This document shows, piece by piece, positions 28,101-37,782 of a stretch of DNA of 64,000 nucleotides. The number at the start of each line of letters is the position of its first letter. The stretch's first letter is position 1. The DNA comes from Candidatus Gottesmanbacteria bacterium RIFCSPLOWO2_01_FULL_43_11b (GTDB lineage: Bacteria > Patescibacteriota > Microgenomatia > UBA10105 > UBA927), in assembly GCA_001780985.1 (NCBI GenBank), contig MFJV01000001.1, positions 835,497-899,496 on the forward strand. Reading direction: 5' to 3'. The translations under genes and the position numbers were made by a program. The notes under the pieces were generated by a model. That model did not search any database and was not told the origin of the DNA. It saw nothing but the letters and a program-made list of their open reading frames with translations.

Positions 28101-30137
28101 ATGAAGAGACTAATTTTCCCGCTCGTCCTATTTTTGACTTATCTTATCCTCGGGATTGTTACAATAACTAATTATGGTATCAATTGGGATGAGCCAGCTC
28201 ATTTTATACGCGGGCAGGTGTTTTTACGCTTTCTTCTTACAGGGAAGAAAGATTATGCAGGTCTTCCCGAAATAGACGCAAAGAGTTACAGGCAGGACTT
28301 TGGATACGAATTTCGTGACCCGAATACTAATTCCACAGTTCGCCGGAGCATCTATCAACACGATGACTATGGCCTTGTGTACTATACCCAGAATGTAGAA
28401 AAACGGGGGAGCCACCCCGCATTCTCAGACGTCATGTCAGCACTTTTTAATTACGTATTATTTGTTAAATTGGGTATCGCACCGGATGTATACTCCTATA
28501 ATTACTATTCAATTTTTGTTGCATCTTTATTGGTAACAGGGATATATATATGGACAAAAAAATACTTTGGTGGATTCGCAGCTATTGTCTCCACTCTCTC
28601 GCTAGCGCTTTTCCCTTTCTTTTGGGCAGAATCACACTACAACATAAAAGACGTGCCGGAGACGGTTTTCTACGCACTGTCCGTGCTTGTTTTTTATGAA
28701 GCAATTACATCCGCCAAAATAAAATACATTTGGTATTTTGCTTTTGTTTTTGCGATGGCATTTGCAACAAAGTTTAATGCTCTCTTTATTCTTCCGACCG
28801 TGCTTTTGTGGTTATTTCTACGGAACTTTTTCCTCTATCGAACGTCATGGAGAGAAATGTTTTCTTTCGTGAAAAAGAACAAAGCCTTTTTGGTTTTTTT
28901 GGTTGTTCCGATTATTGCGGTTGCGCTGTGGGTTCTTTCATTTCCGGCGATGTTGTTCGAGCCAAGACTCATTCCTGCATCATTTTCATATTACAAAACG
29001 ATTGGTACCACCCCGGTGGGAAATGATTGGCGCTATCCGCTCTATTATCTCTTTTATACCACTCCGCCATCTTTACTCATTTTTTCAATTATTGCACTGG
29101 CAGGAGAATTCACAAAAATCGATAGAAAAATAAAGGACATACTTCTCCTTATCATGGTTTGGATTTTTATACCGATTGTTCGAGTGATGATTCCCGGAAC
29201 CGCAATTTACGGCGGAGTGCGCCAAATTATGGAATACATCCCGGCGATTGCTATCTTATCCGGAATAGGAGCAAACAGATTAACCAAAATTCCCAGAATG
29301 TTTATCATTCTCACATTTATTCCTCTCATAGTTACCTTAGTGAAACTTCATCCCAATGAAGCGGTATACTTCAATAGCTTGATTGGCGGACTCGAAGGAG
29401 CAAAAGAACGTAATATTCCCGATTGGGGACAGACATTGGGGAATCCCTATAGGCAGGGAATACTCTGGATCAACCGGCACGCAGAAGAAAATGCACAATT
29501 GTCATTAGGATTTGAACTGTGGGCAAACCTTCCTCATATTTGGGTCCGCAACGACATAACGTACGATAACATTGTTAAAAGCGGACCAGCGCGTTTAGGG
29601 GAATATGTTATGGCAGTCATGAATCCAAGCGATGCGCTTAGTTGGTATCGGATGCAATATTTAGAAACATTTATTGACCCTGTTTATCAAGTGTCAGTAG
29701 ACGGAGTCGTACTTCTTACTGTGTGGAAAAACGATACAGCTCACCTGAAAGAGATGTATCGTACAATGGAAGAGGAAAAAATAGCAGATGTTCCCATCAC
29801 CGGCCACTTTCCCTCGTTTGTTCTTACGCTACCCAAAAAACACAAAATTCTCCGCATTGAATTCAAAAATAAAAACCCGTCCCTATGTCCGGAACCCGCA
29901 CGTCACGAACTTGATGATGTTGTAGGTATTTTCCGTTTCTACAGTGACACTTCAATGTCACGCTTCTTAAAAACGCTTCGAGCCTCATCGTATGATTTTA
30001 ACGGAAAAGTCAGCTACCCGCGACCGAACTTCCTCTTTGCAGCAGAGGAGGGGAGAGCGATCGTCTTTGACGTGGCAATCGACCACCCGTGCTATTCTAC
30101 AATCAGTGGGGCAAACGTCTATGTCGTAAAGGAGTAA
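28101..30137 (+). CDS. GT-C (ArnT-like) glycosyltransferase with C-terminal discoidin/F5-8-type-C-like domain, 678 aa; tandem paralog 1 of 3
   Basis: YGINWDEPAHFIRG motif. About 12 TM helices. IYGGVRQIMEYIPAIAILSGIGA block is shared by all three paralogs. C-terminal ~200 aa beta domain. Confidence 0.8.
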   Translation: MKRLIFPLVLFLTYLILGIVTITNYGINWDEPAHFIRGQVFLRFLLTGKKDYAGLPEIDAKSYRQDFGYEFRDPNTNSTVRRSIYQHDDYGLVYYTQNVEKRGSHPAFSDVMSALFNYVLFVKLGIAPDVYSYNYYSIFVASLLVTGIYIWTKKYFGGFAAIVSTLSLALFPFFWAESHYNIKDVPETVFYALSVLVFYEAITSAKIKYIWYFAFVFAMAFATKFNALFILPTVLLWLFLRNFFLYRTSWREMFSFVKKNKAFLVFLVVPIIAVALWVLSFPAMLFEPRLIPASFSYYKTIGTTPVGNDWRYPLYYLFYTTPPSLLIFSIIALAGEFTKIDRKIKDILLLIMVWIFIPIVRVMIPGTAIYGGVRQIMEYIPAIAILSGIGANRLTKIPRMFIILTFIPLIVTLVKLHPNEAVYFNSLIGGLEGAKERNIPDWGQTLGNPYRQGILWINRHAEENAQLSLGFELWANLPHIWVRNDITYDNIVKSGPARLGEYVMAVMNPSDALSWYRMQYLETFIDPVYQVSVDGVVLLTVWKNDTAHLKEMYRTMEEEKIADVPITGHFPSFVLTLPKKHKILRIEFKNKNPSLCPEPARHELDDVVGIFRFYSDTSMSRFLKTLRASSYDFNGKVSYPRPNFLFAAEEGRAIVFDVAIDHPCYSTISGANVYVVKE

Positions 30138-30140
30138 ACG

Positions 30141-30689
30141 TTATTCCTCTTGGGGTTTCGGCGTAGAAAATTCAAGTTCGAGATTTTTTAATTCTGTCTC
30201 ATTCCTCTGAGAGAATTCCAATATTTTCTGTAGATCAGTCTGTGTATCCGCTGAAGTTTTGCCAATCACACCGATAAGCAATTGTTGATGGTATGGGTAT
30301 GCGTCATGGGCGCGTTTTATAATTATTGTATCGAGCGAACCGGATTCGTCCGCCATTCTCTTGATCTCGTTAACAAATTGTGTCATGTAGTGTTCTCCCC
30401 GAAATGCAGAATGGAGACCAACGGCATTATCGCCCAGTTGAATAACTTTAGCAGCGCCCGTCAGTTCTCTGTCAGCAAGCTCTATATACTTAAGCGCTCT
30501 TTTGGCGGAGTCTTTCGTAAATAGTAAGGAAAGTTTATCCCAGACAAGCTGGAGTTTATAAAACGAGTTATTGGGTAACAGTTTGACTTCAGGCGCTTGA
30601 TAGGTTTGAGGAGTTTGCGCAAAAGCGGCGGGCAAGCCGGAAAAATAGACAATACCGGCAAAGAGAATGAAAAGCATCTTGAATTTCAC
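30141..30689 (-). CDS. small secreted DUF5667-like protein, paralog of 8071..8516
   Basis: Signal peptide MKFKMLFILFAGIVYFSGLPAAFA. LPNNSFYKLQLVWDKLSL..AKRALKYIELADRELTGA block parallels the other copy. Confidence 0.65.
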   Translation of the reverse strand: MKFKMLFILFAGIVYFSGLPAAFAQTPQTYQAPEVKLLPNNSFYKLQLVWDKLSLLFTKDSAKRALKYIELADRELTGAAKVIQLGDNAVGLHSAFRGEHYMTQFVNEIKRMADESGSLDTIIIKRAHDAYPYHQQLLIGVIGKTSADTQTDLQKILEFSQRNETELKNLELEFSTPKPQEE

Positions 30690-30746
30690 AATAGAACAAC
30701 CGTATCATAGCAAACATCATTTATCAAGAGGCACATAAAGACCGCG

Positions 30747-30755
30747 TGGTATAAT
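30747..30755 (+). promoter_or_regulatory. extended -10 promoter element TGGTATAAT
   Basis: Perfect TGnTATAAT lies 13 nt upstream of the ATG at 30769, inside the 79-bp divergent gap, so the mRNA would be near-leaderless. Confidence 0.4.
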
Positions 30756-30768
30756 TCCATGTGTTTGT

Positions 30769-32754
30769 ATGAAGAGACTAGGATTTATTCTCGGTACCTT
30801 GACCGCTCTTTTTTATTTAGCTATCCAGGTAGCGAGTTTGTCAAACTACGGCGTCAACTGGGATGAGCCGACGCATTTTGGAAGAGGGCATGCAATTCTG
30901 CATTTTTTTCTGACAGGGAATAAAGACTACAAACAGCTAACCGAAAAAGAAAATATACGGCGAAGTTTTTATCAGAGCGATGCGTATACATTCAACGTGT
31001 TTGAAAAAAAATTTGCTCAAGCTGCACCTCTAACCGTCGGTAATCACCCCCCACTGAGCGGCTTTTTCGCGGCGATATTCAATAAAATTTTTTATCAAAA
31101 ACTTGCGATACTCGGAGATATAGAATCGTATCACCTCTACAGTATTGTTATAAGCAGTGCGTTTATCGGCATACTTTTTTATTTTGTGCATGACGTGTAT
31201 GGGTTGTTTGCGGCTGTGGTTGCCGCAATTTCTCTGATCACGCACCCTCTTTTTTTAGGTGAAAGCCGTTTTAACATAAAAGACGTGCCGGAAGCTTCGT
31301 ATTTCGGTATTACTTTAGTGTGTTTTTACTACGCCATGACTAAAAAAAATTTAAAATGGTTACTGGCAACGGTGATTTTTTTTGGACTCGGCCTAGCTAC
31401 AAAACTCAATATTCTGTTTGTACTACCGATCATGTTGTTGTGGGGGGTGGTAGCGGGAATAAAGAAAACGAAAATACTTTCGGTACTCATTCTGGTTTTT
31501 TTTGTCGGCGGAATAATTTTTTTTGCTAGTTGGCCAATGCTCTGGGCATCTCCGGTCGTGCGTATTTTAAAAGTGTTGACATACTATAAAACAATCGGCA
31601 CGAACACCCATTTTGATCCGCAATACCTGACCATCTTCCGTCTCAATAGCTATGCGCTGCAATGGATACTTTATAGTACACCGCTCGTGACGTTGTTTTT
31701 TAGTTTTCTGGGTTTCGTTCAGGTCGTACGCAATCGCTCTTCGTTCCTTGTACTCCTGTGGTTTTTAACTCCTATTGCCAGAGTTACGCTTCCCAATACA
31801 AATATCTATGGTGGGGTGCGTCAGATTATGGAATATATCCCACCCATGGCAATACTTTCCGGGATTGGGGCGGCAGCAATGGTTAGTTGGTTAAAAAACA
31901 AAAGAGGAAAATTAAAAACGGTTTTTCAGATGATTATCATTCTTTCTTTTGTTCCGATAACAATGAAAATGATTCAGATGCACCCTAATGAGAGTGTCTA
32001 CTTTAACCCCATTATCGGCGGTCTCAAAGGAGCAGCCCAGCGAGGTATTCCCGGTTGGGGGAACTCACTGGGGAGTACCTACCGTCAGGGAGTAGGTTGG
32101 CTCAATGCACACGCAGAGAAGGGGGCGAAAATTGCGACGGTGTTTGGACTTCGAAGTAATATTCCTCTCATTGATCTTCGACCGGATATCGATTTTCAAA
32201 ACAAGTATAGAAGCGGCATATATAGAGACGGTGAATACATTATTGATGTAACACACGAAGGAACCCAAGAGCATTTATACCTGCGTAAATATCTTGACCG
32301 CTTTCTTGTTCCTGTTTACGAGCTTACTGTTGACAGTGTTCCTCTTCTCAAGATATGGAAAAACGATCTTGAACATACGAAGCCGTTCTATAAAAGTGAG
32401 GAGCGTATTCTCTGGAACGTAAATTCCGTAGTTCAAGACGAAAGGAAAATTGACATTGATATCGGCAAGGTTCTTCAAATTACGCAATTGACCGTTTTCT
32501 ATAACACTCGCACGTTCTGCGCACTCCCCGCTAAGGGGTATGTAGAATATTCCGTTGATAACGAACATTGGCTGCGAGCGGTAAATGATCTAACCTCATC
32601 GCCGCTTTCGTCTTGGTTCAAGCCCCAACCCGAGCCCGGCATCCTCCAATTTCTTTTTGCTGCCGAACCAGTAAGATTTATTCGTCTATTCATACACGAT
32701 GAAACTTCCTGTCTTTTGAGGGGACCTGTCTGGGTTTGGGTTAATTACTTATGA
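30769..32754 (+). CDS. GT-C (ArnT-like) glycosyltransferase with C-terminal discoidin-like domain, 661 aa; tandem paralog 2 of 3
   Basis: YGVNWDEPTHFGRG motif. C-terminal IDIGKVLQITQLTVFYN..GYVEYSVDNEHWLRAV..VRFIRLFIHDE fits the F5/8 type C (discoidin) pattern. Confidence 0.8.
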   Translation: MKRLGFILGTLTALFYLAIQVASLSNYGVNWDEPTHFGRGHAILHFFLTGNKDYKQLTEKENIRRSFYQSDAYTFNVFEKKFAQAAPLTVGNHPPLSGFFAAIFNKIFYQKLAILGDIESYHLYSIVISSAFIGILFYFVHDVYGLFAAVVAAISLITHPLFLGESRFNIKDVPEASYFGITLVCFYYAMTKKNLKWLLATVIFFGLGLATKLNILFVLPIMLLWGVVAGIKKTKILSVLILVFFVGGIIFFASWPMLWASPVVRILKVLTYYKTIGTNTHFDPQYLTIFRLNSYALQWILYSTPLVTLFFSFLGFVQVVRNRSSFLVLLWFLTPIARVTLPNTNIYGGVRQIMEYIPPMAILSGIGAAAMVSWLKNKRGKLKTVFQMIIILSFVPITMKMIQMHPNESVYFNPIIGGLKGAAQRGIPGWGNSLGSTYRQGVGWLNAHAEKGAKIATVFGLRSNIPLIDLRPDIDFQNKYRSGIYRDGEYIIDVTHEGTQEHLYLRKYLDRFLVPVYELTVDSVPLLKIWKNDLEHTKPFYKSEERILWNVNSVVQDERKIDIDIGKVLQITQLTVFYNTRTFCALPAKGYVEYSVDNEHWLRAVNDLTSSPLSSWFKPQPEPGILQFLFAAEPVRFIRLFIHDETSCLLRGPVWVWVNYL

Positions 32755-34745
32755 AAAAACTCTATCGTATCCTGGCGGGATTATTGGTCGGAGGATATTT
32801 CCTTATTAGTGTGGTTACACTACCCCGTTATGGAGTGAATTGGGATGAGGTGAATCATTCAACTCGAGGTCAGGCGTACATTTATTTCTTTCTAACCGGA
32901 AAAAAACAGTATGACCAATCACTTTTTGCTCAGGGCAACCGATACAGCCTCTATCAAATACCCGGATATGACTTCAATCACCAAATAAAAAAAGAGGGAG
33001 GACACCCGCCTCTTTCCGATATTTTATCGTCGCTTTTTAACTACATCTTTTATCAAAAATTAGAATGGTTGGGAGATATCGAGGCATACCATTTATACGG
33101 GGTAGTATTGACGGGTGTGTTTGCAGGATTCATCTATCTGTGGGTTGAGGGTATTTATGGTGGATTTCCCGGCCTCGTATCACTACTTGCATTACTTACG
33201 TATCCGTTATTTTACGGTGAATCTCACTTTAACGTACAAAAAGACATTCCTGAAGCAGCTTACTTAACCATGTGTGCCTTGGTTTTTTACACCGCCTTCA
33301 TTCGCAAATCAACACGATTGATGATTTTAACAGGAATCTTAGCTGGTTTAGCGTTAGGAACAAAATTAAACGTACTCTTTTTGGTTCCGGTTGTTATCCT
33401 GTGGGTGCTTCTCTTGGGGATACGAAAAAGTATTAATCTTTTTAAATTGAAACTATTTCTCATTCCTGTTATTGCATTTGTTATCTACTATATTAGTTGG
33501 CCGTGGCTTTGGCTCGACCCGATTGGGAATATAACCAAGAGCTTGGGTTACTATCAAATGATGGGAATTGTGAGTGAGCCTGCATTGCCGACCTCCTATT
33601 ACATATTGGGACTTAACACGTATGCTATCCAGTGGGTGCTATATACGACACCACTAATCACGCTTTTTCTGTCATGCGCGGGTATCTGGTGGGTGATTCG
33701 TCATGGGGGGAAGGAGAAATCAAAAACAGGTTTTTACATACTTTTATTATTCATCGTTCCCGTTGTACGGGTATCTTTTCCACTCACTTCTATTTATGGC
33801 GGTGTACGACAAATTATGGAATATATTCCGCCTTTAGCGATACTCGCAGGGATCGGAGCAAAATTCCTTACGGATAAGTTTAAAAAATATGGCTTCTTCC
33901 CACAGGTACTTATAATTATCCTTTTTGTTCCCATAACAGCCAAAATGATATCGATGCATCCTAACGAGAGTATCTACTTTAATCCGATTATCGGAGGACT
34001 CAAAGGCGCAGCGGAGCGTAACATCCCCGGTTGGGGAAATTCTTTGGGGAGTACGTATCGACAAGGATTGCGATGGCTTAATGCGAATGCAGAAGAGAAG
34101 TCAAAACTGTCAACAATCTTTGAACTCCGTAGTAATATTCCACCCATTGATATCAGATCAGATTTCGATTTTCAAAATAGATACAGAAGCGGCATATACA
34201 GAGATGGTGAATATGTTATTGGTGTTACGCACAATGGCACACAGGAGTCGTCGTACTACCGAAAGTATTTAGATCGGTTTTTAGATCCGGTGTATGAAGT
34301 ACGCGTGGAAGGAGTAGCGATACTTAAGGTGTGGAAAAATGATTTAGCCCACACGAAGAAGGAATACATGATACCAGACAAGGTCATTTCTAATGTTGTG
34401 GTGACACCCCGAGGCCGATCATTGCTTATTGATCTTGGGGCAGTATACCAATTGACGCAACTTAATCTCTTTTTTTCTCCCAATGAGTGCTCGATGGAAG
34501 AGGGAGGGAGAATTGACGGATCACGAGAGGGGAGTCAATGGGCGAATATTTATCCTGACATATTCGGTAATTTTGGTTCCCGATTTGCCCCCTATGACGA
34601 ACCAGGAAACCTCCAATACCCATTTGCTGCGGATGAGGTTCGGTATATTCGTATAACACACTACCCACTTCGTTCCTGTTTGATGACGACCCCCGTTAAG
34701 GCTTCTGCGCGGGGATATGGCCCCTTAAATCCTTCGACAGAATAA
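32751..34745 (+). CDS. GT-C (ArnT-like) glycosyltransferase with C-terminal discoidin-like domain, 664 aa; tandem paralog 3 of 3
   Basis: YGVNWDEVNHSTRG motif. ATGA overlap with paralog 2. C-terminal LIDLGAVYQLTQLNLFF...VRYIRITHY. Confidence 0.8.
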   Translation: MKKLYRILAGLLVGGYFLISVVTLPRYGVNWDEVNHSTRGQAYIYFFLTGKKQYDQSLFAQGNRYSLYQIPGYDFNHQIKKEGGHPPLSDILSSLFNYIFYQKLEWLGDIEAYHLYGVVLTGVFAGFIYLWVEGIYGGFPGLVSLLALLTYPLFYGESHFNVQKDIPEAAYLTMCALVFYTAFIRKSTRLMILTGILAGLALGTKLNVLFLVPVVILWVLLLGIRKSINLFKLKLFLIPVIAFVIYYISWPWLWLDPIGNITKSLGYYQMMGIVSEPALPTSYYILGLNTYAIQWVLYTTPLITLFLSCAGIWWVIRHGGKEKSKTGFYILLLFIVPVVRVSFPLTSIYGGVRQIMEYIPPLAILAGIGAKFLTDKFKKYGFFPQVLIIILFVPITAKMISMHPNESIYFNPIIGGLKGAAERNIPGWGNSLGSTYRQGLRWLNANAEEKSKLSTIFELRSNIPPIDIRSDFDFQNRYRSGIYRDGEYVIGVTHNGTQESSYYRKYLDRFLDPVYEVRVEGVAILKVWKNDLAHTKKEYMIPDKVISNVVVTPRGRSLLIDLGAVYQLTQLNLFFSPNECSMEEGGRIDGSREGSQWANIYPDIFGNFGSRFAPYDEPGNLQYPFAADEVRYIRITHYPLRSCLMTTPVKASARGYGPLNPSTE

Positions 34746-35466
34746 AAATAAATGTGGGAAGAAATGGTTCAAGCATTCGTAAAACAGGAAGCGGCATATA
34801 TTTGGTAATTTCTGATACAGAATAGAGTTTCGTAAAAGAAAATCTTTTTGGATCACTGAGGATTTTTGTCGTGTAATCGGAAATTACGAAATTCTTAAGT
34901 AATTTTTTAAGTTCCCAGTACGTTTTGTAATGAGCGACGTAATAAGGTTTGCGATGCAGTAACCAAAACAGTTTGATTGCAACTAAGTCCGGAAGATTAT
35001 GGAGGAAGGGGATATGGTAGCGTGATTCAATGGGGTAAAGCGTATTGCCTCCGGAAAAATAGCAGCACCCTCGCGGTTTGAGAACGCGAAAGATTTCGTT
35101 CATAAGCTTTCTATCATTAGGTACATAGGAATACACTTCATTACAGATAATCACATCAAACGACTCATCGGGAAAGGGGAGATGTAAACCGTTCGCCTGA
35201 AAAAAACGGAGATTCTTTTTTTTGAAATCTTTTCTTGCAAGTGAAATTGCGTTTTTGTCTATATCTACACCGATCATTGATTTTACGGATGATGAAAGAT
35301 AATAAGTTATCGCGCCACTTGAGCAACCGACATCAAGTGTGTGAGCAGCGTTCAGTCTGCTTCCTAAAAAATCTTCAAGAACTGCCTGGATTTGTTTCGC
35401 TACGCGATGTCTGTCTTTAGTATCTAGGACTCGTGCATCGGTTGAAGAATATGGAAGTCTTTTCAT
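34696..35466 (-). CDS. class I SAM-dependent methyltransferase
   Basis: TLDVGCSSGAITYYL and FDVIICNEVYSYV. 3' end overlaps the convergent upstream gene by 50 nt. Confidence 0.8.
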   Translation of the reverse strand: MKRLPYSSTDARVLDTKDRHRVAKQIQAVLEDFLGSRLNAAHTLDVGCSSGAITYYLSSSVKSMIGVDIDKNAISLARKDFKKKNLRFFQANGLHLPFPDESFDVIICNEVYSYVPNDRKLMNEIFRVLKPRGCCYFSGGNTLYPIESRYHIPFLHNLPDLVAIKLFWLLHRKPYYVAHYKTYWELKKLLKNFVISDYTTKILSDPKRFSFTKLYSVSEITKYMPLPVLRMLEPFLPTFIFILSKDLRGHIPAQKP

Positions 35467-36695
35467 AATGACTGTAAGAGGTGTTCAACATCCTGTTTCA
35501 TTCCCAAGAGTTCAAATTTTTCATCATAGGTCTTTTTTGCATTTGATCCAAGCTTCATTGCTAATTGTTTATCTTTAAGGAGTCGAACGATTGCTTGAGC
35601 GAGAAGGATAGAGTTATGGGGTGGAACGAGCAGACCTGAATATTCATGTTTTATATCCTCAGGAATCCCGTCACAGTCAGTGGAGACAATAGGTGTAGCT
35701 TGGCTCATAGCTTCAATGACTGACAAAGCGCTGCTTCCTTCTTCAACCGTCGGCAAGACGTAAACAGAAGATTTTCGCAAAATCGTATGAATGTCAGCAA
35801 CTGCACCGGGAAAGATAACAGAAGAAAGCTGTAATTTTCTCGCCAATCGTTTATTAGCATCCCGAAGAATACCCGCGCCTATAATAAGACACTCACAGTC
35901 GATTTGCTTTTTCACCAACACGAGTGCGTGAAGTAAATAATTAATACCTTTTCTTGGATCTTGCCGACAAATACTTGTTACGATTGGTTTACGGGAATCA
36001 AATGCTTTTTGCATCCGTTTTGATACGGGTGTTCTGATTTCTTTTTTAAATACTTCGACAAAGTATCTCATGCGAATAAATTTATTCGTGTTAATCTGGG
36101 ATTCAGATTTGAGAATTTCTTCGGTGGATTTGTAATGGGTAACTATTTTTTCTGACATTGAAATAACAAGGGTTGATAAAAAACTATAAATTCGGGCAAT
36201 GATGTAATAGACAAACAAATATTTCAGTTTTGTTGATATACCGTAATCCCTTATTCTTGCCGCCAAAAGCGACCCTCTCATTTCGTGAAGAAATGTTGTA
36301 AAGTAGCTTGATATAAGTACTACTTTTTTTCCGTAAACTATTTTTAAAAGTGCTCCTGAAAGTCCCCAAGGGCCTATTCCCCAGATAATTATGCGGTTAT
36401 TTTTGTATGATCGAAAAATAGCGATAAGTTCTTTAAAAAAGAAATAACTGTAAAGGGGCAACGCAGCAAGTTCTATATTTCGTATAAGCGGCAGATGATT
36501 TAGCCAACGCGACTTTATAAAGTGAATAGTTGCGATATCCCGTTTTTCTATCTTTTTTATATCTGCAAATGTCAGAAGGTGCACCGGATGGCCGGTTGCC
36601 GATATGATCTTAGCGATATTCCGTGCATATGAAGCATACCCACCGGTAGAGGTATACGGGGATTTACCGCCGATGACGACGACGGGTAATTTCAT
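35463..36695 (-). CDS. GT4 family glycosyltransferase
   Basis: EEGSSALSVIEAMSQATPIVSTDCDGIPEDIKHEYSGLLVP. Confidence 0.8.
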   Translation of the reverse strand: MKLPVVVIGGKSPYTSTGGYASYARNIAKIISATGHPVHLLTFADIKKIEKRDIATIHFIKSRWLNHLPLIRNIELAALPLYSYFFFKELIAIFRSYKNNRIIIWGIGPWGLSGALLKIVYGKKVVLISSYFTTFLHEMRGSLLAARIRDYGISTKLKYLFVYYIIARIYSFLSTLVISMSEKIVTHYKSTEEILKSESQINTNKFIRMRYFVEVFKKEIRTPVSKRMQKAFDSRKPIVTSICRQDPRKGINYLLHALVLVKKQIDCECLIIGAGILRDANKRLARKLQLSSVIFPGAVADIHTILRKSSVYVLPTVEEGSSALSVIEAMSQATPIVSTDCDGIPEDIKHEYSGLLVPPHNSILLAQAIVRLLKDKQLAMKLGSNAKKTYDEKFELLGMKQDVEHLLQSL

Positions 36696-37782
36696 GGATA
36701 GCGTAGGATACCATTTCTATTTGTTTTTTTGTAATAGCTAACCCGGAGGGCAGGTAAAGACCTCGGCGGGAAATTTCATCAGAAACAGGGAAACGCTCAT
36801 TGCCTAGATGATATTTACGAAGAGCTGGTTGGCAATGGAGCGGTATAAAAAAAGTTCTTGTATCAATGCCTTTCTTTTTGAGTTTGTCCATGAGTTCATC
36901 ACGGCTTATACCGAAAGAAGGTTCAATGAGAATAGAGTACATCCAGTAAACATTTCTCGCCCATGGTTTTTTGGGGGGTAATGAAATGCCTTCTATATCG
37001 GAAAGCAATCGATTATAGAGATCAGCCATCCATAACTTTTTTTCTATAAATTTATCTACTTCTTCAAGTTGCGCAAGGCCTAAAGCAGCCTGGAGATTGG
37101 TGAGTCTGTAGTTAAATGCGATTTCTTCATGGAGAAATCTTCGTTTTGGTGAGTGAGCAAGATCTTTGAGCATCCGTGCCCGAGTAGCAAGTTTTTCGTC
37201 GTCTGTAACAACCATGCCTCCCTCGCCGGTTGTTACGATTTTATTTGCGTAGAAACTAAAACAGTTGATTTTTCCGAAAGAACCAACCATTTTCCCTTTG
37301 TAAAGAGCCCCATGGGCTTCTGCTGCATCCTCCACAACTGCCAATTTGTACTTTTTTGCAAGAGAAATGAGAGGATCCATATCAACCGGGTGCCCATAAA
37401 TATGAACAGGTATGATCACTTTTGTGTGTTTGGTAATTTTTCTTTCTATTTTTTTCACATCAATGTTCCATGTATCCCGCTCCACGTCGACAACAACAGG
37501 TTTTGCTCCGGTATAACAGATTGCATCAGCGCAGGCGAACATTGTGTGGTCGGGAACAATTACCTCATCACCCGGACCAGTACCGAGGGTAGCGAGAGCC
37601 AGATGAAGTGCGGTCGTTCCGTTGGTTGTTGTGATTGCATATTTAACTCCGATAAATTTTGCGAATGCTTCTTCAAACTTAGTTATGTAGGAGCCGGCAG
37701 AAGAAATCCATCCGGTTTTGATGCAATCGGAAACGTATTTGAGCGCGTTTTTGGCAATCAACGGCTGATTAACGGGAATCAT
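36664..37782 (-). CDS. DegT/DnrJ/EryC1/StrS-family PLP-dependent sugar aminotransferase
   Basis: GDEVIVPDHTMFA..VDVE..DAAEAHG..CFSFYANKIVTTGEGGMVVTDD, with the catalytic Lys present (NK). Confidence 0.85.
   Translation of the reverse strand: MIPVNQPLIAKNALKYVSDCIKTGWISSAGSYITKFEEAFAKFIGVKYAITTTNGTTALHLALATLGTGPGDEVIVPDHTMFACADAICYTGAKPVVVDVERDTWNIDVKKIERKITKHTKVIIPVHIYGHPVDMDPLISLAKKYKLAVVEDAAEAHGALYKGKMVGSFGKINCFSFYANKIVTTGEGGMVVTDDEKLATRARMLKDLAHSPKRRFLHEEIAFNYRLTNLQAALGLAQLEEVDKFIEKKLWMADLYNRLLSDIEGISLPPKKPWARNVYWMYSILIEPSFGISRDELMDKLKKKGIDTRTFFIPLHCQPALRKYHLGNERFPVSDEISRRGLYLPSGLAITKKQIEMVSYAIHEITRRRHRR

Noticed and set aside
28101-34745. Considered whether the three tandem GT-C genes are a recent duplication or an assembly artefact
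   Set aside because: Nucleotide identity is only patchy and the C-terminal domains and loop sequences differ substantially. These are old paralogs with local conversion tracts, not collapsed repeats.
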